A stretch of DNA of 64,000 bases from Escherichia phage E20. The position numbers and the translations under genes were made by a program. Every line of letters starts with the position of its first letter. Position 1 is the stretch's first letter. The DNA is taken from sequence record OP745616; one strand, given 5' to 3'. Below the pieces are notes generated by a model. It worked only from the letters and a program-made list of their open reading frames with translations, ran no database searches and was not told the origin of the DNA. Positions 45,601 through 54,284 of the stretch are shown here, piece by piece.

Positions 45601-47496
45601 AGCAGCAGGGGAACCTTGTTCCAGATTAGCCAGAGCACCCGGGTCACGGTTAATGAAGCTATCCATAGACATGATGTTGTCGTACATCTGGATTGCAGCT
45701 TCCATTTGAACGTTGGGGTCTTCGGCAGTATTAACCAAGTCAGCCATCTTCTGAATAGCTTCTACACGGTTAGTGGAACCAGAAACAGCTTCACGGATTA
45801 CTGGGTTAACTTGTTCCAGTTCTACTGGGTCAAACTTCATTGCCTGAGTTAAGTCAGCAGCATACTGGGTAGCAGCAGCTTTCTCTTCCGGAGAAATATC
45901 CATTGCATCTACTGCTTCCTGTACAGTTGCTTGTGCTTGTTCTGCCTGAGCAGCAGCTTCCTGTGCAGCAGCATTAACCGTAGCATCAGCTACAGGGGAT
46001 GCTTGTTCATTACGCTTGGCAACTTCTTCACCACGTTGAACCAGAATGTTAGTAAGAGGAGATGCAGCTTTTGCTAGTGTTTTACCAACCAGAGAAGCAC
46101 CAGCCAGGGTAGTACGAAGAGTAGGGCCAGCAGCAGCACCGGCAGCTTTAACAGTTGCACCAGGGACTTGAGCAACTCCAGCACTACCGAAGCCATAAAG
46201 TGCACCAAGACCTGCTTGCTCACCAACCCCTTTGAGGGTGTCACGGGATGCATCAACGTTTTCTTTGATTGCAGTATTCTGTGCGAACTGACCAAAGCCG
46301 GATTGAATACCTTCCTCTACAGTTTCACGCAGCATATTAGAACCAGCACCTGCCAGTGAACCTACCTTAAGTGGGTTAAGTTCAAAGCGAGATACCAGTG
46401 GGCCGGTAGCAGCAGCAACTGGAGCAGTTAAGCCAGCAGCAATGATACCTGTTTCAGATGCAGTCTGACGACGTGCTTCATCAGGAGATAAACCATCAGC
46501 AATATGCTGTTGGTAAACAGGAGACTTACTTGCCAGTTCTTGGTGGGACATCTTCATGATTTCAGAAGCAGTCTGTTGGTATGCACCACCAGCTTCCATA
46601 CCACCGATTGCAATAGCAGGTGCAGCAACACGACCAGCAGACAGTGCAACCTGTGCAGGACGTGAACCTAACCCAGCAGCTAAGGTAATACCCTTAACAG
46701 CTTTATCACCACCTACCATTACTTTACCGAGTGCAGATACACCACGAATAAGTGGACCACCGGTAAAGAGGGAACCAACACCTTCACTCAGTCCGTCAGA
46801 GGCAGCCATACCATTATCAAGTGTATTAGCAACAGAATCGAAAGCATCACGACCAATACGAGACAAGGAGGCAACCAAATCGTTCTCCCCATTTTTGATG
46901 TCTTGTTCATAAAGTTTCTGATTCTTTTGAGCAGAAATCTGGTTCTGATTCTGAACAACCTTACGGGTAGCATTCAGTGCATCAGACTGTAGATTGTGTA
47001 CGCCTTCATTCAACCAATCCATCCCGGAAGCAATGGTTGCCCCGGCATTATCATTGACCAAACCTGTGCCAAGAGCAGCAATGCCCCCAAGGGTATTAGC
47101 AACACCAAGACCAACACCAGAAAGAGTATCGCCAAATGCTTCTGCGTTAGTACGTTGTTTAGATAAGTCCTGACGTACAACATCCGCAGCATTAGCTCGG
47201 CTATTAAGAATTTGTAGACCTTGCTCATTACCGTATTTATTAATGATTTCTAATGGGGAGGCTTGAGTGAAATCTGCCTGAAGTGAACCTGGTTCGAATG
47301 CACCGATTCCAAGATTACCTACACGTCCGGTCTGGAGATTGTAAGCATTCTCTGGGGTTAATTGGAAAGGGATTTGCCCTTGTGCAGCTTGCTTCTGAGA
47401 GGTTGCAGTAGAGACATCGACTCGCTTAGCATTAGTGATGCTGTCTGCGAAACCTGCCAGACGGTCAAATGTTGACATAGCATGTTTCCTGTTCAA
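36664..47496 (-). CDS. Virion-encapsidated giant RNA polymerase (vRNAP, N4 gp50-like), 3610 aa
   Basis: Single 10.8-kb ORF; central T7-like RNAP motifs (A-like EADGVTNGPINAM, B-like KNPLTITIYGSG, C-like KIFDGMNIG); position at distal end of late operon. Confidence 0.9.
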   Translation of the reverse strand: MNRKHAMSTFDRLAGFADSITNAKRVDVSTATSQKQAAQGQIPFQLTPENAYNLQTGRVGNLGIGAFEPGSLQADFTQASPLEIINKYGNEQGLQILNSRANAADVVRQDLSKQRTNAEAFGDTLSGVGLGVANTLGGIAALGTGLVNDNAGATIASGMDWLNEGVHNLQSDALNATRKVVQNQNQISAQKNQKLYEQDIKNGENDLVASLSRIGRDAFDSVANTLDNGMAASDGLSEGVGSLFTGGPLIRGVSALGKVMVGGDKAVKGITLAAGLGSRPAQVALSAGRVAAPAIAIGGMEAGGAYQQTASEIMKMSHQELASKSPVYQQHIADGLSPDEARRQTASETGIIAAGLTAPVAAATGPLVSRFELNPLKVGSLAGAGSNMLRETVEEGIQSGFGQFAQNTAIKENVDASRDTLKGVGEQAGLGALYGFGSAGVAQVPGATVKAAGAAAGPTLRTTLAGASLVGKTLAKAASPLTNILVQRGEEVAKRNEQASPVADATVNAAAQEAAAQAEQAQATVQEAVDAMDISPEEKAAATQYAADLTQAMKFDPVELEQVNPVIREAVSGSTNRVEAIQKMADLVNTAEDPNVQMEAAIQMYDNIMSMDSFINRDPGALANLEQGSPAAAIVDQFSGLMANVQNTPKVLRAFRAIHSMIQEQAEAGKLKATEEANQAQANNIAMAADVSPEVLDADSVNMILKHASEGKITLGNRQRAALQSAAALLQGAREFDAKAEELGLRPQDIVSKQIKTDESRSNEGQYSALQHAKRIRSAYNSGNFDLASAYLSDFMKFAQHMQNKVGALNEHLISGNADKNKSVHYQALSPSREWVRSRTGLGVNPYDTKSVKFAQQVGLEAKTVADIANALATAYPELNVSHVKVTSLDSRLNKPAAQVVKEFRQGGLDATQSQQTNEPVNQVDETPAPVQEDTTTVQPKAKPVVENKTAPTKETSPKTEEVSTTKPETVDATLTNEDTIEQPTESERDAYVKENTISQETLNKSGDRRESPWLFADGTVVGSNGDHISLSDVFGHDGYRDMSLDTGSIRSTFYKGSEQPFVSLQLFDNQKLTAEQFNTVQSFVEANNAQILVGVDTSGRNTNNVEKDEVSLAQLKADYTVGGKPLSEMETVFPVYNNEKTPNQFLKAFTLPEEPKSRTIGSESPLADIKQALSSAARFEAFTQKENNALTGDVLERYQDLMDFGETLKTTLSERLAKFLANKNVGKRFAEGTEANRWVGGKLLNIVEKDGDTFKFNDQLLETAVLAGLQWRLTAAQNAAIKDIKDVAAITGVEASLLPESILAEFENAQTLVEATSSLAQKIESYWGLNRNPNAPLGYTKGIPVAMATEILSSLIEMGAVTETMLDVSEIDPDSNKTIGLYTINKLADKDPINNFPTAIEEAVLVNPEEKMYFGDDIPSVAQTQLRNPAVKNTPEQKAALKAEQATEFRVHMPMVNFYEALGRDSILELMGAGTLNPDLLNKNNAKSLEGKNLSVSMAYDSLFGLINQLKEQENGLDTPIHYGYNMTRVGRMQMLGKNNPQSSKLVREAILPTFSTIDLSNENSQAFSDFQLGLAQALGIKVHKMSREAMSENLTKALEGNLKPAVDMMVEFNKSGYLPTDAVDILKSSLGDNKSFVALMALMEYARYLNSDDRANFNTPLYVEADGVTNGPINAMVLMTGGKFTQNWIKNTAKGGLFFGKAGKTMNEHHSYDDSIDLYEASTNSLQFYLNELRSAYRNNVPIMSQMNHLQKLMDLFIKDFNLNEDGTLDLKRGIAKNPLTITIYGSGARGIAGKMVSAITDTIYERLSDVLQARAADPSISPAMAMFGKEAASEADAQAMLDTFLTSMEALTGKIPAKRKGKLFIKEVDGALTGELDPQEFTVSGDALKNLQENMLHFFVEPMRQSIRFTVGEGLMHSTENLQKATQIQSLVLQDMFQQAVQAKLAEKEKDPTWKKGDFLTQKELNEIQESLSPLAPMIETGSQTFYIAGSENTDVANQVLATNLDDRMRVPMSVYAPSQAGVAGIPFMTIGTGDGMMMQTLSTMKGAPKNTLKIFDGMNIGINDITDASRKANEAVYTSWQGNPIKNVYDSFSKFMKNVDFNKLSDKTIDDIARSALDFEQLSHISRVEGDRQYKIDMIKNSGVNLIERNLRNIALGVDIRHKVMNQVQTTVDQMAAVGAPYVNNGKISLEGLTVDQQVAKLNELFDAELNKRRDAVRAAKAEPVKEVPVKEVPAMEQVGRVLKSGVRMLSNTAITRLAKEMSPEQQAVLKEVQKSLAAKDYKVVYGTPAQLDAYAIEKNITRPAPEDIEAAEAGNAYGWTNFDDKTIYLVTPSLETLVHELVHASTFESVLAHYEGTPNEAVQNIEDLMNQFRTLDVKNESPAVREAYADALNTINGHLSNGFIEPAMAKAAALNEYMAWGLTNRELIGKQKKTTALKTMVQSVYEAIKRLVFGRKKAPANADDMFSGLLFNSSVVMRGQAPTAAVSKDTTLFHNKAYGDNIRLEELGQTFDKLITNYIGSEPVQQVIRKGKFSDAVVNATKVTRDVQAHGFTMNMQEQRLFTNIVAALAIEAAISPAALSRAQEYYAHVTKNLTVEAFMADPDSTNPADRYYAQQKFDTIMGANNIEFDAQGRSSLLPTFVGLAMVSEEVRNVLANIPVMKADKKSGNTIDAMLTNIGTAAMSSLNARVAGDTKATNVQEGMDALAQTIMQTSLNAQSLYDSVATPSGNAIDRSNQYLVDSIDALSTRALESAREVAANTKNPLVKGAAHAAQLIAAIATEKNGAIVAEGVMAAMNQGKVWQPFHDLVNDLTGRTKSNASVYDLIKAVRAQVQADRQQFREHLPTTIASKFSRKLTNDEWKAMHTGMGKTDLAVLRDTMSLAEIRDLLSDQKIVDREVNKLEADLQKQAGRNWPLISRKSKQLAQFMINGTVGNNLLRNATAISRMLGERQAARSTVDVAQLDKLITLYALEAMNKSDREMLSSLAQSEVDGMDFATSYLVGQRKDEMAKAKSDMRATLNQYKGHIPSETKQGVNLIVAEDSQFGDLIEKSYVRLGTYQGSSANRGPARSYYFAPVQAQAPFSQGILQNVRNTAGGVDIGTGFTMGSMVAGRITDKPSVDRITKALARGERGNEPLMPVYDDKGNVVAYEQSIDPNMLKHIEGENHLARAIGVWRGRQVEEAKAQRFNDMLIENLHSMYENDIKMSSANKSQYVNLLGSKLDPVTADALKLMNSETRQKAESLFGEGELWVRRDMLNDALGYRAASVGDAWSGNSRWSPETLDTFKKAMLGVFGNRAYKYTMGGENLVQNLVKEAKTLIVVKSVVVPAVNFLANLYQMVARGVPVKNIAKSIPQKTAEINQYLKSRLRQVDAEAELRAATNPNQIRKLKAEIQSITDSHKRMSIWPLLEAGEFSSIADAGIGRDDILITEGKLHEYMEKLADKLPKSVRTAGRYALITKDTALFQGIQKTVEYSDFIAKAIIYDELTQRKGKTREEALGRVTEEFVNYDRLPGRFRGYMESVGLMWFYNFKIRSAKVAVSMIRNNPVHAAMAMLAPTPTMFGNVGLPIQDNIFSIAAKGSLDYSWGFGQGLRAHNLNPWMNLVN

Positions 47497-47547
47497 ACTT
47501 ATATCGTATATAGGTAACTTACTCTACAGTAAGCCAGTGTAAGAAAA

Positions 47548-47568
47548 AAGCCCCGTAGGGCTTTTATT
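47548..47568. terminator. Hairpin/terminator between virion protein gene and vRNAP gene
   Basis: AAGCCC-CGTA-GGGCTT with A-run on one side and T-run on the other. Confidence 0.5.
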
Positions 47569-47572
47569 AGTA

Positions 47573-49537
47573 TTACCGATTTTGTCTTGGTTGCATATAC
47601 TCGGGCAGTCCTTGTGCCTGACGTAAGTATCGTGCAGCACGCTCTTCATCTTCCTTGGCTCGTGCCCTGTCCACACTAGCCTGTGACTGGAAACCTCTTG
47701 GAGCCAGGTTAGCTGGGTCAGCTTGAACTTGTGCCTGTGCAGCTTGGAGCATTGCAGCAGCTTTAGTAACAGCTTCCTGTCTTGCAGGTAACAATGCAGT
47801 AAGACCTGTTTGTCCGGTGTTAATCTTATTCTGGGTATTTGCCAGTGCAGCTACAGCAGCATCATATGCAGTCTGTGCTGCCTGAATATTCTGCATAGCT
47901 TGAGCACGACCCAGGTTACGAACACTACCTTCCAGTGGCTCTCCCCGTTTCACACCCTCAATTAACTGTTCTACCTGACGGTCATTAAGACGCATACCAT
48001 TACCAGCTTCATTGGTAATGAATGGGTTAACTGCATCAATAGCACGGCTAATATAACCCTCCGGTACACCAGTCTGTGCACGTTGCATAACAGCAGCAGC
48101 CATAGCTGGTGACATATTCCCACGTTGAGAAATATCATTCAGTCGGTTCAGTACCCAGTTACGGTCAGCACCTTTAAAATCACCCTCCAACAGACGGTTA
48201 GCAATCTCACCTACTGGGGTATTATCAGTGACAGTACCAAGGAAGTCGGTGTTAAGACTACCGGTGTTATCCTGCATAGAACGAGTACCAATCATACCAG
48301 TAGCCAAAGTAGATACTGCCTGATTACCTTGATTATTCTGAACCATAGCGAGTGGGTCAGCCCCCACTTCTGCTTGGGCAATAACAGGTTTAATCTGTTC
48401 CCAAGTCATATCCTTATAAGCACCCGGAGTAGAGTTAGGTAGAGCAGCCCAGGTATCTTTAAGATTACCATTCTTGCGAGACTCGAAGATAGCCTTACCA
48501 ATCTTATCCTGGTTCTCAGGAGAAAGCGGCTGGCTTTGCCAATCTGAACCAAGAACTTTAGGAGCGAAGTCTTGCAGAGTAGCTTGGTTAATCTGGAATG
48601 CACCAACAGGTGAAGCACCCTGGTTCGTCTTCATACCTTCTTGATGCTTAACTACATCACCAATACTCATTTGAGTAATAGGAGTAGAAGTACCAGCAAA
48701 CTGGTAAGTAACATCATAAGGGGAACCCTGACGTGTACCAGCAGTACCCGGAGCAGATGCAGCACCCACACCATTACCGTATACACCCGGGTAAGCACTA
48801 GCCAGTAATCCCTGCAAACGTGCCTGTGCAACCGGGGACAGGTTCTTACTATATGCTTCTGCCAACAGACGGGCATCATTAGGGTTCTCAGCACCACGGG
48901 TAATCTGTGACATTACACCCATAGCAGCCTGACTATCAGCATCATTACGCTGAGCAACACCTAAATCAAAACGATTCTGAGCTTGATTAATAGCCTGACC
49001 ACCCTGACCTTGAAGACTACTCAGCATGTCCAATTGCTGGTTAGCAGGGAGTGCAGACAATGCATCACGGGTCTGACTTAATGCAGCATTAATACGGTTC
49101 TGGTCACCGGACTGATAAGCCTCAGACAGTAAACGAATAGCAGGGGAAGCATTATCTAATGCAGAGTTAGTATCCTGCAAACGTCCAAAGATATAAGCAT
49201 TGTAGTCATTGGTTCCCTGCTGACCTTGTTGAGTCAGTAATGTACCTGCTCTCTCGTCCAGATTCTGGAGAGTACGCTGGTTTATCAGTGAAGGGTCAAC
49301 CCCCTGAAACAATGCACCAGATGCTAAAGCATTACGGTACTCATTCGGGTCTTGATACTGCATAGCATTCATCATGACGGCATTGCCAGCCTCCTGCTTG
49401 GCAGCGTTCTGGAAATTACCCAGTGCATCACTTAAGCCGGAGGTGGCGTTACCAATCATGTTGCCAAATGTGCGAATGCTGTCACCAACTCCAGAGAAGT
49501 TAGGTGCATCAACATTTCTCCACGTTATCTGAGCCAT
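47573..49537 (-). CDS. Virion protein (N4 gp51-like), 654 aa; possible lytic transglycosylase-like segment
   Basis: Synteny; Q/N/A-rich; segment EG...GASPVGAFQINQATL loosely resembles SLT-domain core. Confidence 0.5.
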   Translation of the reverse strand: MAQITWRNVDAPNFSGVGDSIRTFGNMIGNATSGLSDALGNFQNAAKQEAGNAVMMNAMQYQDPNEYRNALASGALFQGVDPSLINQRTLQNLDERAGTLLTQQGQQGTNDYNAYIFGRLQDTNSALDNASPAIRLLSEAYQSGDQNRINAALSQTRDALSALPANQQLDMLSSLQGQGGQAINQAQNRFDLGVAQRNDADSQAAMGVMSQITRGAENPNDARLLAEAYSKNLSPVAQARLQGLLASAYPGVYGNGVGAASAPGTAGTRQGSPYDVTYQFAGTSTPITQMSIGDVVKHQEGMKTNQGASPVGAFQINQATLQDFAPKVLGSDWQSQPLSPENQDKIGKAIFESRKNGNLKDTWAALPNSTPGAYKDMTWEQIKPVIAQAEVGADPLAMVQNNQGNQAVSTLATGMIGTRSMQDNTGSLNTDFLGTVTDNTPVGEIANRLLEGDFKGADRNWVLNRLNDISQRGNMSPAMAAAVMQRAQTGVPEGYISRAIDAVNPFITNEAGNGMRLNDRQVEQLIEGVKRGEPLEGSVRNLGRAQAMQNIQAAQTAYDAAVAALANTQNKINTGQTGLTALLPARQEAVTKAAAMLQAAQAQVQADPANLAPRGFQSQASVDRARAKEDEERAARYLRQAQGLPEYMQPRQNR

Positions 49538-49549
49538 GATGGTTTCCTA

Positions 49550-50014
49550 TTAACGGGTTAGTTTATTAGCTGCAATGTAAGCATCAGCTGAAGACTGGTC
49601 ACGGTTCTCTGCTGTAGCACGACTACGAGCACGGTCTTCCAGTGCAGTGTTATAAGACTTAATCTGGTTATTCAGGTTAGTGTTAGTAACACTCTTAGTA
49701 AAGTTCAACTGGTCTTTGGCTAACTTGTTAGCCTGGAAACCACTATAGATACCAGCTAAGGAACCAAGTGCACCAAGTCCTAGTTGGAAGGTAGGTACAT
49801 TCATACCAAACTGATTAGCTGAACCAGACAAGAAAGAGGTAGGGGTAGTTAACCCTGTACCTGCATTCATACCAATAGCTGCACCGGGGGCATAGTTCAT
49901 AGCTGGGGTATTAAAGTTCTGATTGTTATTAGACATCCAAGACATAGCCGCTGGCTGTGGGGTTTGGTTGCCTGTTAAGAATGACAAATCCATAGGGATT
50001 CTCCTGTTAAACAA
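49550..50014 (-). CDS. Virion protein (N4 gp52-like), 154 aa
   Basis: Synteny; Gly/Asn-rich. Confidence 0.45.
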   Translation of the reverse strand: MFNRRIPMDLSFLTGNQTPQPAAMSWMSNNNQNFNTPAMNYAPGAAIGMNAGTGLTTPTSFLSGSANQFGMNVPTFQLGLGALGSLAGIYSGFQANKLAKDQLNFTKSVTNTNLNNQIKSYNTALEDRARSRATAENRDQSSADAYIAANKLTR

Positions 50015-52661
50015 GGTCAGTATTAAGAGTCATATCAGAGTAGCTGCCAACCATGTTTAAAGACATGTCAGCTATATCCGAACCAGTCATAAGAGTACGT
50101 GAGAGGAAAGAATCCAACGACTCCATTGACACAAATTGCATAGGGTCAATTACACCCTGCCCAGCAGTACCAAACATTTCTTCATACTGCTTATTGATTG
50201 CCATCATATCAGTATTGTACTGCTGCATTACATTCTCTGCTTTCTGAATAGTAACAGCCGTAGATGCATTAATATACTGGCTAATGCCGTTACCTACTGA
50301 ACTGGTAAGTTGCATGATGTTCTGAGCATTCATCATTTCACTGGCTAAAGTAGATAAGGATGTACCAGTAGACAGAGCAGTACCAACGTTCATGGCTACC
50401 ATTGAAGCAACAGCAGCAATGATAAAGCCTAGCTTATCACCAAAGAGTGAAGTGGATACTTTAGTGATAATAGATACCAGAATCATTGCAGCAATGGCGT
50501 TTGCTACAGCACCTACTATTACAGCAGCCAATCCAACAAAACCAAGTGATGCACCAACTGCACCGTATGCCCCAAGAATACCTGCACCACCAGCACCCAT
50601 AGTGAATACGGATACAACAACAGCAACTACAACAACCACAATCTTAAAGGCAGATGTTGTATACCATTTCTGCTTAACTTTCTTATATGAGTTCATTACT
50701 AAGTAGGAACAAGCAGTAGACAGTTGAGTACTACGAGTCAGTGACATTGAACGGTAGATGTTAGTGTGCAGTGGGATAATGAATCCACTCTCTTCTGCAT
50801 CACCCATTGCTTCAGCAACATCAATGCTTACTGACTTATTTTTATATACCCTGTTATTGTGATTTAAACCAAGTACCCTAAGTTTACGGTAGGTATTGTT
50901 ACCATCCTGCCAAAGCAATTCATACTCCTGCATAGAATAAAACGTAGTGGTAACTTCCAGTTTCTTAGTCGAACCAGAGTTACTAGCAGTTCGTATATTC
51001 TTACGGGTAAGTGTTATATCTCCTGCATACCTGGCTCGAAGTTGCCCTTGCTTAGCACCAGTCCATGCTTCACCGGAATGGGTAGTTTCAGACGCATAGT
51101 TCCACCCAATGGTCATGTCGTACTTGTACTGTTTATTACTATGTACCCTAAACTCTCGCTTAGGTATAACAGGGTATTCTGGAAGAGGTGGAGGTGTTCC
51201 AACAGTTTGACCTTCCTGCCTGTTCCACCATTCTACGTATGCATCAACTGCATCATTTGCTGCCTGATAACCTGCAATCACTGCTTCCAGTGTGGGGTAG
51301 GTTGGGTCAGGTGGGAATGCTTCAGTAGCCATCTGAAAGAAACGGTAGATGTATTCCTTAGCAGTATCCTCAGGAGTATTAAGAGATACACCGAATGTGC
51401 CATAGATGTATTGGATATCACCTATGTCGTCATTCTTCTTAAGCTCAGTCACTACTTTATTGAGCTTACCACCAGTAGCTTTATAGAGTGCCTTCTTGCA
51501 GTGAGGGTAGATTGGGTCATTCTCTACCCATTGCTTATCATTCCTGATTGGAATGAATGGATAGAATCGGTTATCAGTAGCTTCAGTCTCAAACAGAGAA
51601 TCGAGTGCAACGTTGCCAGAGTTCTGCTTATAGATAAGCATCTTAGGTGTACCAACAGCAGTCATCTCAGTATCAGTACGAGTAGTCTGGGATGAGTACT
51701 TACGAACCAGTGTCTCTGTAGTTGTAGTGATTGTATCAGTGCGAGTAACACCTCCACCTAAATCAACAACATTGGTAGTTACAGTAGTACTGGATTGAAT
51801 CTCACCAAACTTTGTATGAGTCATTACCCTGTCAGATACAACTACAGTTACATCATCAGGTTTCTCAGTGAACCCTCTACGGTAAACCTTAACGTAAGAG
51901 TTCCAGTTATCCACACTTGGTTCAGTAACAGTACTGTCTTCATCCGGTCTACCATCAGAGTAAACAGAATGAGTCTGTATAGTCTTAGTAAGATTGGTTG
52001 TGTTAGCTGTCGTATCGCTTGAGATGGTAGTCCACAACAAAGTAGACGGTAAGTCATCCTCGTCATCATAGACAGTAGTCGGTCCTACTACTGGTGGATT
52101 AGTAGCTGGGGACTTATAGAATGTGTAATCAGCATAGAGGTATAAAGCACCTGGTTCAAAGTTAGTAGGTGTGAATGTAATGGTAGAACCTCCATCCAGG
52201 GAGGTCATAGTAATTTCATTAGTATCCTCATCAATGTCTACGTCGAATCGTTCCATGATTCGACTTGGGGCATTCTCGTAAAGATACTGATCACACCATT
52301 GCTCAAAGTCAGCAAAGCCAATCTCTGCTGCCTGAACATAGACTGATTCACCAGCAGGTGGAGTAATTTGACCCTCTATAACAGTAGGGTCAATCTTAGC
52401 CAGTACACCTAATGAAGAACCTGCCATACCAACTTCTGAGTCATAGTGGTTCTTACTCCAGCTGGAGAACAGTCGCATACGAATACCAGGCCCATTCAGA
52501 TAACTATCAGAGATAGTGTCTGCCATAGTGAAACCTGTATCAGCAACAATCTTACCGATGACTACAGTCTTCATATAGTTTGGACGCTTATGAATATCCC
52601 CTGCCATGTTATAGACAGAGGATGCTACGTATACTTTGGTCTTCCCACTGAATAAGCCCAT
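50007..52661 (-). CDS. Large virion protein with C-terminal Gly/Ala-rich multi-TM region (N4 gp53-like), 884 aa
   Basis: Synteny; C-terminal KIVVVVVAVVVSVFTMGAGGAGILGAYGAVGASLGFVGLAAVIVGAVANAIAAMILV hydrophobic cluster. Confidence 0.5.
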   Translation of the reverse strand: MGLFSGKTKVYVASSVYNMAGDIHKRPNYMKTVVIGKIVADTGFTMADTISDSYLNGPGIRMRLFSSWSKNHYDSEVGMAGSSLGVLAKIDPTVIEGQITPPAGESVYVQAAEIGFADFEQWCDQYLYENAPSRIMERFDVDIDEDTNEITMTSLDGGSTITFTPTNFEPGALYLYADYTFYKSPATNPPVVGPTTVYDDEDDLPSTLLWTTISSDTTANTTNLTKTIQTHSVYSDGRPDEDSTVTEPSVDNWNSYVKVYRRGFTEKPDDVTVVVSDRVMTHTKFGEIQSSTTVTTNVVDLGGGVTRTDTITTTTETLVRKYSSQTTRTDTEMTAVGTPKMLIYKQNSGNVALDSLFETEATDNRFYPFIPIRNDKQWVENDPIYPHCKKALYKATGGKLNKVVTELKKNDDIGDIQYIYGTFGVSLNTPEDTAKEYIYRFFQMATEAFPPDPTYPTLEAVIAGYQAANDAVDAYVEWWNRQEGQTVGTPPPLPEYPVIPKREFRVHSNKQYKYDMTIGWNYASETTHSGEAWTGAKQGQLRARYAGDITLTRKNIRTASNSGSTKKLEVTTTFYSMQEYELLWQDGNNTYRKLRVLGLNHNNRVYKNKSVSIDVAEAMGDAEESGFIIPLHTNIYRSMSLTRSTQLSTACSYLVMNSYKKVKQKWYTTSAFKIVVVVVAVVVSVFTMGAGGAGILGAYGAVGASLGFVGLAAVIVGAVANAIAAMILVSIITKVSTSLFGDKLGFIIAAVASMVAMNVGTALSTGTSLSTLASEMMNAQNIMQLTSSVGNGISQYINASTAVTIQKAENVMQQYNTDMMAINKQYEEMFGTAGQGVIDPMQFVSMESLDSFLSRTLMTGSDIADMSLNMVGSYSDMTLNTDLV

Positions 52662-52662
52662 A

Positions 52663-53505
52663 TTAGTTCAGCCCGTTGTTAGACTTCAGCTTGGTCAGAA
52701 TGGTATCAATACTTGCGTTAGTGAAACCATTAGGTGGGTTCAAGCCTTCATCAATAGTCTTCTGTGTAATCCATGCATCAGTAAACAGTTTAGATGCTTT
52801 AACTTCTGCATCACGTTGGTAAGAAGTAATCTGTTGAGAGTACAACTCTTTCTGCTTACCTACGGAACCAGTAACAGTAGCTCCATCACTGCGAGTATCC
52901 AGTGTCTGTGCACGCTGTGCTTCGGTCTGCTCAGTAATCAGTTTAAGCTGTTGAGGTAACATCTGGTCAGCATTAAACAATGCAGCACAGTATGTTTCAG
53001 ACTCAGTAGCAATCTTCAACTTAGTGAGAGCATATTCACTCTTAGCAGACAGTGCCTGAATCTTAGCTAGCACAAACTGTGCCTTAGATGCTGCCAGTTG
53101 AACACGAGCAGTAACTGCCTGAATCTGTGCCATAGCAGCAGCCCAGTATGCTTGGTCACGACCAAGTAAGAACTGAACAGCATTGCTCATGCACGATTCC
53201 ATCATAGCAATATATGCTTTGGTATATTCACCACCGGTAATACGGTTAGCTTTAAACTCAGCTTTAAGATGGTTATGTGCAGATTCCATTAATGCATCAA
53301 ACGTACCACTACCACCTACTTCACGGGTAGTAAGTGATTCGTTGGTTACTTTAGAAATAGCATCAAAGATTGGGGAATCATCACCACCAGGAATATCCCA
53401 TTCAGGGCCAGACATATCAATATCAGGGAGGGTAAAGTCATCACCCTTAGTTAACTCTTCTAGGAGTCGGTTAGCTTCTACCTCAGCAGAACAAGACATA
53501 ATCAT
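52663..53505 (-). CDS. Virion protein (N4 gp54-like), 280 aa
   Basis: Synteny. Confidence 0.45.
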   Translation of the reverse strand: MIMSCSAEVEANRLLEELTKGDDFTLPDIDMSGPEWDIPGGDDSPIFDAISKVTNESLTTREVGGSGTFDALMESAHNHLKAEFKANRITGGEYTKAYIAMMESCMSNAVQFLLGRDQAYWAAAMAQIQAVTARVQLAASKAQFVLAKIQALSAKSEYALTKLKIATESETYCAALFNADQMLPQQLKLITEQTEAQRAQTLDTRSDGATVTGSVGKQKELYSQQITSYQRDAEVKASKLFTDAWITQKTIDEGLNPPNGFTNASIDTILTKLKSNNGLN

Positions 53506-53575
53506 TCCTCTTGGTTCAAAAAGAAACGGCCCACGGAGTTACCCCAGTGAGCCGTGTTGAACTGTAGCTTATACG

Positions 53576-54217
53576 TTAATCGTTCAGGCTACCAGCAGCA
53601 ATCTGTGCTTGAGCCAGTTGAGCCAATTCTGCTTCAGTCAGCGGAGGCAATACTTCAATGGAGAACTCTCGTGCTTCTGTTGCACGGATATCCGGTAAGC
53701 CATTTTTACCTTTACGAGTCGTAATGTTGATGAACTTACGTTCTTTGAGGAACTCGTAGATACAGTACGGAATATGATAACCATTGTCGGTCACTTCACC
53801 GAATGGAACAAACTTACGTACAGTACCCATATATTCGTTAGCTACGGTGATAATCTCACCAGGCAGGTCTTTCTTCTTAGGATCAAGGTTCTGGATACGT
53901 ACACGAATCAGTCGAGTCTGTTCTGCACGAATCTTCTGACCCAGAGTCATTTTCTTAACACCTGCTTCTTGTTTTTCACCCAAAGGATTAACAGCAGTTT
54001 CTTTTACTTCTGGTTCATCTTTTGCTTGTGCAGCTTCAATCTTCTCACGGAGTTTCTCAACGGAGATGTTGTTAGAGAACTTAATATTCATCAACGTTGC
54101 ACGTTGCTTAAGAACTTCAAGTTCGCTAGGCATTGCAATATCGTTAACGGTATCTTCGTTGCCCTGTACGTCCAGTTCTACGTCAGTGGTCGGTTTATCG
54201 TTAATGCTCATGTTCAT
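53576..54217 (-). CDS. Hypothetical structural/assembly protein (N4 gp55-like), 213 aa
   Basis: Synteny, immediately downstream of capsid gene. Confidence 0.45.
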   Translation of the reverse strand: MNMSINDKPTTDVELDVQGNEDTVNDIAMPSELEVLKQRATLMNIKFSNNISVEKLREKIEAAQAKDEPEVKETAVNPLGEKQEAGVKKMTLGQKIRAEQTRLIRVRIQNLDPKKKDLPGEIITVANEYMGTVRKFVPFGEVTDNGYHIPYCIYEFLKERKFINITTRKGKNGLPDIRATEAREFSIEVLPPLTEAELAQLAQAQIAAGSLND

Positions 54218-54236
54218 ATTTCCTGTGGTTCAACTA

Positions 54237-54283
54237 GTTTTATTAAGAGGGGGACTTATGTCCCCCTTGTTTTATTTAGGACT
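54237..54283. terminator. Strong GC hairpin between capsid gene and downstream gene (possible attenuator/stability element)
   Basis: AGGGGGAC-TTAT-GTCCCCCT; T-run is on the plus strand side (GTTTTATTT), so minus-strand terminator function uncertain. Confidence 0.4.
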
Positions 54284-54284
54284 A

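Noticed and set aside
37715-46912. Numerous plus-strand ORFs (60-180 aa) within the vRNAP gene
   Set aside because: All lie antisense inside a single 10.8-kb ORF with polymerase motifs; typical spurious frames.
51042-51695. Plus-strand 217-aa ORF inside the gp53-like gene
   Set aside because: Antisense embedded ORF with Cys/Leu-rich low-complexity sequence.
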